NCBI GenBank assembly: GCA_946965045.2
Contig: OX337231.1
Coordinates: 2,294,001-2,358,000, forward strand
Length of the DNA: 64,000 nt
Origin: Epithemia pelagica
Lineage: Eukaryota; Protista; Bacillariophyta
Direction: 5' to 3'
Shown: piece by piece, positions 12,104 to 22,022 of the stretch
Layout: each line of letters opens with the position of its first letter
How positions within the stretch are numbered: the first letter of the stretch is position 1
Made by a program: the position numbers and the translations under genes
Notes under the pieces: generated by a model
Database searches by the model: none
Told to the model about the DNA's origin: nothing
What the model saw: only the letters and a program-made list of their open reading frames with translations

Positions 12104-15100
12104 TTAAGTGAAAGAAGTCGAGCCTTCGTCCCGGAATGATTCGGATAACGAAAACGAACTGTCTGTGATGGACGACCGGGATATGGTTCCAAGACGTTTG
12201 TGCTCAATGTCGTTCGAGTTTGAAGAAATCAGTGGATTGGGATTGTTAGTCGGAGATGTGGACATTTTTGTCGGAGCAGTATTTTGTGAAATTCGTGGAG
12301 CATCATTTCTCATCTGTACAGGTGAAACAGATGCATCGTTTTGTGTCAGCAATGACGGAACTTCATCCTTGGGAGTTTGGTCGGAAGCCGCGTTTGTGCC
12401 ATGACTAGGTTTTGGGGTTTGGGATTCACCATCTCTGCAAGATAAGTTTTCTTCGTTTGCATGCTCTCTCTTTATGGCGTCCGCTTCCCAAAGCCCGTCG
12501 CTTGGTGGAGCTACATCATCCGTAGTTCCATCCGGTGTGTCCTCCTCTTCAATCACCGTCATTGGTTCCAGACGGTGGTCTGTCTGATCCTCTGAAATAT
12601 CCGTTGGCGAAGGAGGAGGCGTGGTGGTTCCGGCTTCGGCTTCTCCACTGTTTTTACTACCACTTTGCGTCCGGGCCACTTGATCGGCAAACATCTTCAT
12701 GTCACCACCCACACCGGAAATTCTAGTCTTGCCCAAATCAGTGAGCGAAAAACGACGAAAGGAATTGGATCGGTGGACGGAATCATTTGCGGAGGAAAGG
12801 GAATCCTGACGGAGTTCTCGAGATCGTACTTCACTGGTTAAGCGTTGTTCGGCACGTCGTTGTTGCACCAAAATGGGAACAAAAATAAGCAACAACATGG
12901 ACATGCAAACGGCAAATGTCAAACCGGCTGTAATGAAATATCGTGCCGATGGATTGTCCTTGTCAATGAGAAACAAGACGGGTATGCCGATAAGAAAGAG
13001 CTGGACCCAACTGAACAGGGCCACGCCCAGGTTTCGGCTTTCGCTAAATTCATCGCTGACATCTCGGGCACGGTAGGCTTGATAGCACACAACCAAAAAG
13101 GCGGACAAGTTTACGATGCCCACGACGCAAATCATGGCGACGGAAACGGGACCGTCGGCTGCACGGCAAGCTCCATAACTTTGATTGACTTGTCCTTCAA
13201 TTTCGTTGCGTTCCCATTGTAAGGGATCCACCAGGGTCCACGTCACCAGAGCCCAAAAATTGATGATAAACAAAATGGCAAAGGGTGCAATCACATCCTT
13301 TTCCTTGACTCGTATTCTGCGAAGCTGTGAGTTTTGAAAGAGTTTGTTGATTCTCCACAATTTGGAAAAGAGGGCCGACATGGCAATGGTAAAGCCCATA
13401 CTGACGAGCCACGGTACGGCCATGCAAGCCTTGCCGGCTGCGTCGGGCGAGACGATCTCATCGTCAAAACCCATTGGAATCAAGGCCATACCCATGACCA
13501 AGACACCCACGGCAATCATGGCCAAAAAGAGAGGTTGCAAGGTTCGAACAATTCGTGTGTTACGATGCTGGATAACCCAAACCAACAAAAAGAGGGCCGT
13601 GGCAATCACAATGCCCGAGGCTACCCATCCCACAACACGGACTGGTCCCAATTGATTCAAATCTTGATCGGGAATAATCCGGGCAATCAAATCAAAGGTA
13701 GAATCGGGACGGGTGCATCCCGGATATTGATCTTCATTGATAATTCCAAAAATGGCGGCCCCCGTGGCTGTTCCGGGTTCCAAGGCATCGATTTCCACGG
13801 TGACCATTAAGGTAACTTGCTCTCCTGCCACGAGATTTTCAAACAAGAGTTTCTTTTTGTTGGTGCCGTCGTCCTCATCGGACGCTTCGGACGATGGGTC
13901 TTGGCCTTGACGAGGGAGTGCTTGAACCTGAATCCAAAAGGGCAAGGATCGAACCACAAAGGTCACATTGTAGGGCAACGTATTGACAAAGGATATGCTC
14001 ATGTTCAACGACGACGAAGACGTCAATGACAGTGGCGATTGACCCAGTTCTCCTTCAAATTCCAACACATCCTTGAGAAAGACGACTCCCGGAGTTTCCG
14101 GACACGACCAACAGGTAAATTCTTGGGCATTCCAAAACTCGTTCCCCGCACAGGAATCGGCCGTTTGCACGAGATTCAACACTTGCCGGGCCGGGCTGGT
14201 GGTATCATTGACCATGCGTCCTTCCACGGTAGGAATATAGGTGGTATTGGAATACAGGGTTTTCAAATACTCGGCCACGATTTCTTGTTGAATGATTGAG
14301 CCATCCAGCTGTCCCGCTTGTTCGCCCGGAAAGACCAAACGACTATTCAAATAGGGGACAAAGTCATCAAATCCAGTACACACAAAACTGTCTGTGGCAA
14401 ACTTGTACAATTGCAAACGTTCCACGGGCACATAGTCGTTTCGAGTATCATCCCAAATATCCAACGCAAACAATCGAGATCCGGTCAGTTGGGTGTTGTA
14501 CGTTAATCGCAATCCAGACACTTGCAACAAATAGCCACCGAGATTGGTATTGTGTCCTTCAAAGGTCGCTTGTGACAGAGAATAATTGAAGAGTTGAAAG
14601 AGCGACACCCCACTCATGACACCCTTACACACATTGTTGGCAAAGGGCAACAAATCCCACAAATTGGAAATGTGAACGGGTCCTTCGGGCCATCCATCGC
14701 CACGAAAACCACCACTCGTGGCAAAGGCCAGTTCCGCCCCCGTATACCATCGGAGGGCATCGACAAAGAGAGATCCGGATTCACATTGTCCACCCTTGCA
14801 GCGTCGATAATTGCCTTCTCGTTGGAGAGGCATGGCGATACTGTGGGGTGCCACAACGGGGTCATTGTCCCGTGCTTCCGCGGCCAATTCGGCCAAGGCC
14901 ACCAGTGTGGCATTATATTGATCGTCTCGCACTTGGGGAGGAATTTCCGGCAAGGAAAAGTTCAAATCGTGAACCTTGACTTGAACGTCTTGAATCGAAG
15001 TGGAACTCAATGTCAAGACATGATGTTGATAGCGTTCATCGCGCAATCCAATACTGACCAACCACGTGGACGGTCCCACTTTGCGTGGTTCATTCAAGGG

Positions 15101-15928
15101 TGGTGCGTTTTCAAACACATCCAAAATCAAGGCCGGAGGATGGGCATGCTGCAAGACGGCTTGAATCAATTGTTCCAATTTCTCCTTGACATCGGCAAAA
15201 ATAAGAATGGGAATCCAACAAAAGGGATCGTCGTCGATTGTCGGAGGGTTGTTGTCTGTAGTACTAGTAGGGGGTTTCGGAAATCGACTCGTGTATTCGC
15301 CATAACAACCGGCTTGTTGGTTGATGCGAGCGATATAATCCAGTCCCCCCAACACGGTATCCAGTTGCGGTGTATTCATGGGTTCATTGGAATTGACAAT
15401 CGACATGCACGCCAATCGTGTTTCGGCATGTTGCAACAGGGCTGTATGATAGGAATGCCAGGAATTGCCCAAGGGGACTTGGACATTGGACAATAAGAGA
15501 GGCAAATCCTGCGATTGCAAATCGGAAATATCGCGTTGCGAGACATTGGAATCCACCTTGTTTTGTTGCAAAATGGAGGGTGCCGTCAAAAAGGCGGACG
15601 CATTGCACCAATATTCATAAATCAATCGATTGACACTCCAACCCAGGGGACTCATTTGAACAAAGGGACTTTCGCGATCCAAAAAGGGCAAAAACAATCG
15701 TGGTTCCGTGCCACTGTACGCTCGCGTCAAGGCGGCCGCCGCGGCGACACCTCCAAAACAAGTGGGGTCGTCGGGACCGGTGCATTGCGTCAAGGAACCA
15801 CTCAACAACGGAGCTGGACTCGCAACCAAATGAACGCGTTGCTCGACTGACGACAGGACACAATCCGTGGCCCCCAGGAGGAGAAAGAATCCAAATGAAA
15901 ACCAATGAAAGGAGCGCGAGCTTCTCAT
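12104..15928 (-). CDS. Class C (GABA-B-like 7tm_3) GPCR with 5'-nucleotidase-fold ectodomain
   Basis: Signal peptide. CD73/UshA-like motifs CxxxxxxxCFGGVA, LLLSNV, ESGSLFVDA, TSGGFRG, LLPFAN, LQVSGLRLTY, YKFATDSF, PTVEGR. Then a Cys-rich linker and a beta-rich domain. The 7TM region has RIVRTLQPLFL, CMAVPWLVSMGF, ALFSKLWRINKLF, FSESRNLG. Disordered C-tail. Confidence 0.85.
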   Translation of the reverse strand: MRSSRSFHWFSFGFFLLLGATDCVLSSVEQRVHLVASPAPLLSGSLTQCTGPDDPTCFGGVAAAAALTRAYSGTEPRLFLPFLDRESPFVQMSPLGWSVNRLIYEYWCNASAFLTAPSILQQNKVDSNVSQRDISDLQSQDLPLLLSNVQVPLGNSWHSYHTALLQHAETRLACMSIVNSNEPMNTPQLDTVLGGLDYIARINQQAGCYGEYTSRFPKPPTSTTDNNPPTIDDDPFCWIPILIFADVKEKLEQLIQAVLQHAHPPALILDVFENAPPLNEPRKVGPSTWLVSIGLRDERYQHHVLTLSSTSIQDVQVKVHDLNFSLPEIPPQVRDDQYNATLVALAELAAEARDNDPVVAPHSIAMPLQREGNYRRCKGGQCESGSLFVDALRWYTGAELAFATSGGFRGDGWPEGPVHISNLWDLLPFANNVCKGVMSGVSLFQLFNYSLSQATFEGHNTNLGGYLLQVSGLRLTYNTQLTGSRLFALDIWDDTRNDYVPVERLQLYKFATDSFVCTGFDDFVPYLNSRLVFPGEQAGQLDGSIIQQEIVAEYLKTLYSNTTYIPTVEGRMVNDTTSPARQVLNLVQTADSCAGNEFWNAQEFTCWSCPETPGVVFLKDVLEFEGELGQSPLSLTSSSSLNMSISFVNTLPYNVTFVVRSLPFWIQVQALPRQGQDPSSEASDEDDGTNKKKLLFENLVAGEQVTLMVTVEIDALEPGTATGAAIFGIINEDQYPGCTRPDSTFDLIARIIPDQDLNQLGPVRVVGWVASGIVIATALFLLVWVIQHRNTRIVRTLQPLFLAMIAVGVLVMGMALIPMGFDDEIVSPDAAGKACMAVPWLVSMGFTIAMSALFSKLWRINKLFQNSQLRRIRVKEKDVIAPFAILFIINFWALVTWTLVDPLQWERNEIEGQVNQSYGACRAADGPVSVAMICVVGIVNLSAFLVVCYQAYRARDVSDEFSESRNLGVALFSWVQLFLIGIPVLFLIDKDNPSARYFITAGLTFAVCMSMLLLIFVPILVQQRRAEQRLTSEVRSRELRQDSLSSANDSVHRSNSFRRFSLTDLGKTRISGVGGDMKMFADQVARTQSGSKNSGEAEAGTTTPPPSPTDISEDQTDHRLEPMTVIEEEDTPDGTTDDVAPPSDGLWEADAIKREHANEENLSCRDGESQTPKPSHGTNAASDQTPKDEVPSLLTQNDASVSPVQMRNDAPRISQNTAPTKMSTSPTNNPNPLISSNSNDIEHKRLGTISRSSITDSSFSLSESFRDEGSTSFT

Positions 15929-16668
15929 CTTGTTTGTTTGTTTATTTCAATAGGAGAATCTTCTTGATGTTTTGTTGATTCGAGTTGGACTGGCAGATTT
16001 CAATGATAATATAACAACAACACAAGAAGAAGAAGACGAGACAGAATCGGATCGAGTCCGTGCTTCTGTTGTTCCTCTTTCGTCTATTTGTTTCCTTGCT
16101 TGGATCAGAATGGAGCGAGAGACCCCGAATGAGAATTTTCCACTTTGCTTGTACTGGAGGGAAAGATTCCAATGATGGCGGTCGTGACGATGAGAACAAC
16201 TCCAACAAAAGACAGCGAATGGAGAGGAGATGCAGTCGACGTGAGAGATTTTGCACAAAGATTCGATTCACTCTCTAATACATCATCCGCCCTTGTCCCT
16301 TGTGTCTTCGCGTTTGTTTGGCGTGTATGTGTTTGTTCGCCTTGATGCGTCGGCCAATTTTTATTACAGGGTTGGAAGCAAGCTACGATTACATAACAAG
16401 GTGGAGTGAATGAGAAAATCAGGGAATAAAAACAAATTGGGAATAGATTGATGACTGCACGACGATAGTCCTGAGATTTGCGGTGGTGTGGCCAACATGC
16501 AATACATTGTACTCGTAGAGAGATGATGCGCCGATCTTTTCGATCTTTTTGTCCCTTCTGAACGCGAATCTCCCTCCAACTGGGAACCAACTTGACTGAG
16601 ATATGCATACACGAATCTACGATGAGAACAATACCTCCGGGTCATGAGAATGAGAAAGCGGCGCAGAT

Positions 16669-16827
16669 TGTCGTGTTCCAGTCGATACCTTATTCAACGT
16701 GCAAATTAAAGATATTATATAAGGCTAAACCGCTAATGTAAGGATCCCCAAAATAGTAACCATGTAAACAGTAAAACCCTCAAAGATTTCCCATATCCGG
16801 GTTTGTTCCCACGACCCGAATAAGACA
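16669..16827 (-). repeat. 3' LTR of element A (159 bp)
   Basis: Differs from 32833-32989 by 3 substitutions and one 2-bp indel. Confidence 0.95.
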
Positions 16828-16858
16828 GTCCCCGCAAAGTGTAGCTCACCCCGTGGAT

Positions 16859-18490
16859 TCACTTTGTTGCCCCCCGCGATTGTGAGGGAGCACCCCGGTC
16901 CCCAAATGCCGATGAATATGTGAACTGTGAGATCAAGTTATTTCTTCGACTCTGGGGAAGCATCTTGGTAAACAAGTCAGCAATGTTGGTCTCCGTGTCT
17001 TCCTTGCCGACTCTGACGATTCCTGCGGCTGCCGCTTCGCGGACCGAATGATAGTTGATGGCGTTGTGTCGCTTGCTCAGGATGGATGAAGGTATGCTGG
17101 TATTCTTGACAACGCCTCGATTGTCACAGAGAATATTGGCCGGACCGACAACCGGAACACCGAACATTCGCAACTTATACCGCATTCCAACAATCAACTC
17201 TTTGGCGATTCTCATCGCCACGAATTCGCTCCCGAAACTGGATGTTTCCACGGTATTTTGGCGTTTCGAGAACCAAAGGATCGGAGCGTTCTGCAAGAAC
17301 ACCAATATGCCTGTGTGGGATTGACGCGTGACGACATTCCCAGCATGATCTGCGTCCACGAAGCACGTGATTTCCACCGGATTCCCAAGTGGTGTTGGCA
17401 TGTCTGCTGGTACTTCTTCCGCTACGTCCCCGTAAAACTCTTTCCACTCTTCGATTGGTGTCTGCGCGAAACAACTCTTGTCTAGCTTCACTGAGACAGG
17501 GTCGAATACCATCTTGAGCTTCGGGTGAGATTTGAGGAATGAAAACACGCAATACACAGCTTCAAGATGTCCCTTCCGCGGATTTGCTAGGTACTGTGAC
17601 ATGATCGAAACTTCCAAATAGATATCCACGCGGCCAATCTCGACCGCCCATCTCAGCACACCAATCAGCTGTTGGTACCGAGCTCTCATCTTATCATCAA
17701 GCTCCTCAGAAGTATCAAGCTCGGGCTTGTACGAAGTTTCGATTGGTACCCGCGCCGTTGTTTTGAGATGTTTTCCGTCCCCGTCTTCCAGCAACAATTG
17801 CTCCACCACTTTGATCGCGTTATTTACGTACTTCTCGCTGGACATACCCCATGCCATTCCCCCTGTGGGCAGGTTATGTTGGTACACCTGCGCCCCCAGG
17901 TACGTGGTCGGTGGTCCGATACTCCCTTTCTTTATCTTGTAATGGCAGTCTATCTCCTCAAACACTGGTTCAGGCTTGTGGCTGACAAGCAAGATGTCAT
18001 CAACGTAAACTAAAATCAGCTCATAGTACGGTTCCCCATTGTCACGCTTTCGTTCCCGTCGTAGGACACATGGATCCGCCTTGGTATCAACATATCCCAT
18101 GTCATAGAGAGTGCCCACCAGCGTCGCTCGCCAACTGGCTCCCGAGGATTTTAGCCCGTAAAGCGCTCTTGTCATCACGCACACCTTCCCTTGAAACTCT
18201 GAACCCACTTCCGCTCCACCTAGGAACCAAATCTTCTCGCGACATGGCGCATTAAGGTAGGCATTTCCAATGTCACAAGCCAGTACGTCTAGGTCATTCA
18301 AGGCTGCGATTAGAAACGCTATCCGAATTGAATCGCGACTCACAACGCTCGAATAAGTAAGACTTGACGGGGCATCTGTCATGTGCCCACCAGCCACCAG
18401 TCTGGCTTTTCTCCTCAGGTCCATCTTCACATCGAAAACCATGTGGCACTTGATTTCCGTATACCCTATTAGCTGTCGCCCTGCTCGCAC
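16859..18490 (-). pseudogene. Element A pol, RT and RNase H part (separated from the upstream pol by element B)
   Basis: KCHMVFDVKMDLRRKARLVAGGH, ALYGLKSSG, LVYVDD, CFVDADHAG, SEFVA, CDN, ADLFTK. Confidence 0.95.
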
Positions 18491-18869
18491 AGTCAAAGTA
18501 CACAGGGTACTCTGTAGTAGCTAGGGGCAGTACCTATATTGGCGTGGAGGTGATCAAGTCTCCACGACAATACACTAGAGAAGTTGTTTCACAACTTTCT
18601 GTTTGTTGATACTATAAGCTCTAGGTTTAGGAACTACATTCGATTCCTCATTTGATTCCTCATGAGGAATCAATTCCTCGTTTACTCATGGAGGTTAGCT
18701 TGGAACCATTGATGCCAATGGCTAGAGCTTGGTTACTATGCGACGGGCAATGCCTTCTCTAGTAGTAAGGCATTGCTCTTGGATACATAGTGGGGACACG
18801 ATTCTATGTCTCACAGATTCGAATCGTGACTGCCATATCGCCTGTCCGTCACACTGATTAACCGCGACT
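18491..18869 (-). repeat. 3' LTR of element B
   Basis: Same sequence as 28129-28507. Termini AGTC...GACT. Confidence 0.97.
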
Positions 18870-18910
18870 CTCCCTCTTGACAAGGGCGATATCTTTTCAA
18901 ACACAGTCAG

Positions 18911-21076
18911 TCACCAACCTTGATTCAGTTTCCGAATCCTCTCAAAAACATCACGGCAGAGTCCTTTGGTAAGATAGTCCGCTCGTTGCATCATTGTTTT
19001 GATCTTGGAGATTCTAACTGTTGCATTCGTCCCTTTCACAGCTTCCCAGAACCAGTGGTATTTGTTGTTGAGGGACCTGGAACGGGACGAGAGGCGCTGG
19101 TTGTTGGCAAGAAGATACGCGCTGTTGTTGTCCTCATGGACTTCAGCAAAGATGGTTGGGGAGTCGGTGCCGAGGTCAAGGTGGTGGTTGATCTCGAACA
19201 AGATGTCTTGGAGCCACACAACAACACGCATGCTTTGCGAAAGCGCGACGTATTCGGCGTGGAAGGTGCTGGTGGCGATCTCACTTTGGAGCTGAGATTT
19301 CCAGACCAAGGGACAGCCGCCAAAATGGATGATGTATCCAGTGCGTGATTTGGCACTGATCGGTTCGTCCTCGGATTCACGGCCATAGAGGCCCATGAAA
19401 TCCGCATCCACATAGCAATCAACCTTGAAGGCGGTTGTTGGCCGAAAAATTGTTCCGCAATCTACAGTTCTCCAGAGGTATCTGACAATCATTTTGATGG
19501 CTTGGGCATGGGATTGTTTCGGGTTGGTTGAAAAGCGAGCGACTTGGGAGACGGCAAAACTGATATCTGGCCGTGTGTTGGTGGAAAGGTAAAGGAGCAT
19601 GCCAACGATGGAACGGTAGTTCCATTTTTCTTTCATCGGTGGTCCATCAGGGTCACTGCCAAGGCACACTTGGGAGGCTGGCACAAAGTTGCCATTGCAA
19701 TTTGTCATGCCTGTGGCCTCAACGATCTTCTTAATGAGCCCTGGTTGGGTCATTGTAATTGTTCCATCTTTCCGAGTGAAGTGGATGCCCAAGTACTCAG
19801 CAAAATCGCTGTCCACGGAGAGCTCGAATCCTCGAGCCTTGAGTCGTTTCACAAATTCGTTGATTGCGTCCATCGTCGGAGCGATAATACCACAATCATC
19901 CACCCAGAGAAACACCATCATGTTTTCTTTGAGGAAGACACATTCGTCGAACTTGCTCTGGGTGAAGCCATCGTTGAGCAAGGCTTGTCGGAGACGTTGG
20001 TACCATAACCGAGGTGCAACTGAGAGTCCATAAAGGCTCTTGTGGAGTCGGAGACAGGTTTTGGTGGTCTTGGTGGAGGAGAAACCGCGCGGGATATGGA
20101 TCCAGACAGGATCTTTCAACTCGGCCTGAACGAAGGCATTGTTGAAATCGATGCAAACCATTGCCCAATTGCGAGCCAGGGCAAGTACCAAAGCGATACG
20201 AATCGAGGCCCAGTTGACGACGGGTGAGTAGGTGTCGAAATCACCTTCTTGAAGATCGCCGCGGACACAATATCTGGCCTTGTATTTCTTGATGGTTCCG
20301 TCTGGGTGGCGCTTGCGCTTGAAGACCCAGGTACCAGGGATGATTCTTGATGTTGCTTCTTCCTCTGGAACCTCAGTCCATGTACCCTTGTTAGTTAGTT
20401 CTTCAATTTCTACTCTAGCCGCTTCTCTCCAATGGTCGATATCCTTGTCTTGTCTTGCTTGTTCGTAGGACAGAGTGTCTGGATCTGAAATGGCAACCTT
20501 GAATCCACTGATGTCATCAAATTCGGCTTGATTGGCGACATAGGATTGTTGGGCGGCGTCCATATTCTCGATGAGACGACTTGGTGAACGACGGACACGG
20601 TTGGATCGTCGAGCAGATGGTGCGTCGGAAGGAGGATCGCTTGGTAGCTCCCTCTGAGAAGGCGGCTCCCTCTGAGAGGAGGGCTGTCTTGAGGAGAGAG
20701 ACTCCCTCTGATGAGAAGAGGGATTGGAGGCTGGTGCCATGCGGAGAGGCGACAGTGGTGCTGGATTCTCCCTCTGTTCCGAGTGCACGGGGACAGGAGA
20801 CGACGGGGAAGGCAAAACGAGCGGTTCCGAGAAGGAAACAGCAGGTTGTGGCCTTGAAGGTGTCGCCGCGCGCGGAGGGACATCGCGCACTGGCGTGTTG
20901 GGAGGTGGCACGGGAGGCGGAGAAGGGAGTGGGTCACTAACCGACGGGGCAAGGCGAGACGAATCAATCGTGGAGGGCTGGGTGGTGGGGGTGGCTGGGG
21001 GAGTTCTGGGGACAGGGACGGCTGGCGTGTCAACAGAAAGAGGTACAGACGGAACAGTTTGTTCCATAGACGTAAA
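18911..21076 (-). pseudogene. Element B RT and RNase H part of pol
   Basis: GTWVFKRKR, YKARYCVRGD, SLYGL, LWVDD, DCYVDADF, EDNNSA, ADYLTKGL. Confidence 0.95.
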
Positions 21077-21079
21077 GGG

Positions 21080-22019
21080 TGCGATTGGGGGGGTACCTTT
21101 GTTCGTCCGTCATCCGAATGGAAAAAAATTGTCTCGTATTTTTTCCCAAAGCGCCTGCCGGGTGATATCGCCAGCCTCCCTTCGATCGCTCGAAATCGAC
21201 GCGCCGGTCACGCCTTGTATTGCTGGCACATGGGCCAAGAATCGTCTCACTTTTCGAGCAACACCACAAAAGACGACCATGAGCAGTGAGCACACCAAAA
21301 ACCAAAAGAAAACCACCCAGCCGGACGAACGACCAAAGTGACAACTTTATGGTCAAAACCATCCACCTAGATCACAAGTGAAGGTGGAATGCATCAAAGG
21401 AAGGATGACAACATGAAACATGACAATCCACCAGTGCAATGAACAATCAACCAGTGCACTGGTTGACAGCGTCATCGTGGGGTATGTAAGCCCAGGAAGC
21501 AGGAAGCCTAAACTAGTAGTGGACTATGCTTTTATCTTTCCCATAGACAAAGTGCCAGGAGCTTGTTTTGATACTCCTCTAGAGGTGCATTGCACCATGT
21601 GTGTATATTTCATGGTTTGGTGTGTGTGTGTGTGATGATTCCGTGAAGCTAGATCCACTACTGCGTAAAGAGTACTCGCTTCTGAAACAATAGACTATTG
21701 AGCATAAAATGGGCTTGTAGATTTCTTTGTCCATGTCTCGTCAAGTCTCACGGCTCACAATCATGCATGAGCGCAAGCGGCTACGGGGTCCGGGGGACGA
21801 AAAATTCCACCACGATAGATAATACTACGCTGTCACGGTGGAATTTTTCGTCCCCCGGAGCCCATACACAATAGGGCGAAGCCAGTTATTACAGTTGGCT
21901 TGGACGTTATAATAATGTGCTAAATCGAAAGAAATTTGACAGAAATAATTTTAACATTTTTTAGGAAAATTTGAGAATAACCGTATGGACAGCAGACGGG
22001 AGGTACCCCCGCAATCGGA
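21080..22019. mobile_element. 940-bp non-autonomous TIR element (MITE-like, superfamily unassigned) inserted in the pol of element B
   Basis: 19-bp TIRs, 17/19 matched (TGCGATTGGGGGGGTACCT / AGGTACCCCCGCAATCGGA), flanked by GGG (AGGG if the right end is one base shorter). Excision restores the frame ..HRSEDP|FTSMEQ.. between the integrase and RT ORFs. Confidence 0.85.
21790..21858. repeat. Perfect 22-bp inverted repeat with a 25-bp spacer inside the TIR element
   Basis: CCGGGGGACGAAAAATTCCACC (21790-21811) and GGTGGAATTTTTCGTCCCCCGG (21837-21858). Confidence 0.95.
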
Positions 22020-22022
22020 GGG

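Noticed and set aside
14594-15496. Antisense ORFs over real genes (14594-15496 +, 37131-38075 -, 48440-49033 +, 34253-34945 +)
   Set aside because: Typical antisense shadows of C/G-ending codon usage. The opposite strand has clear family motifs.
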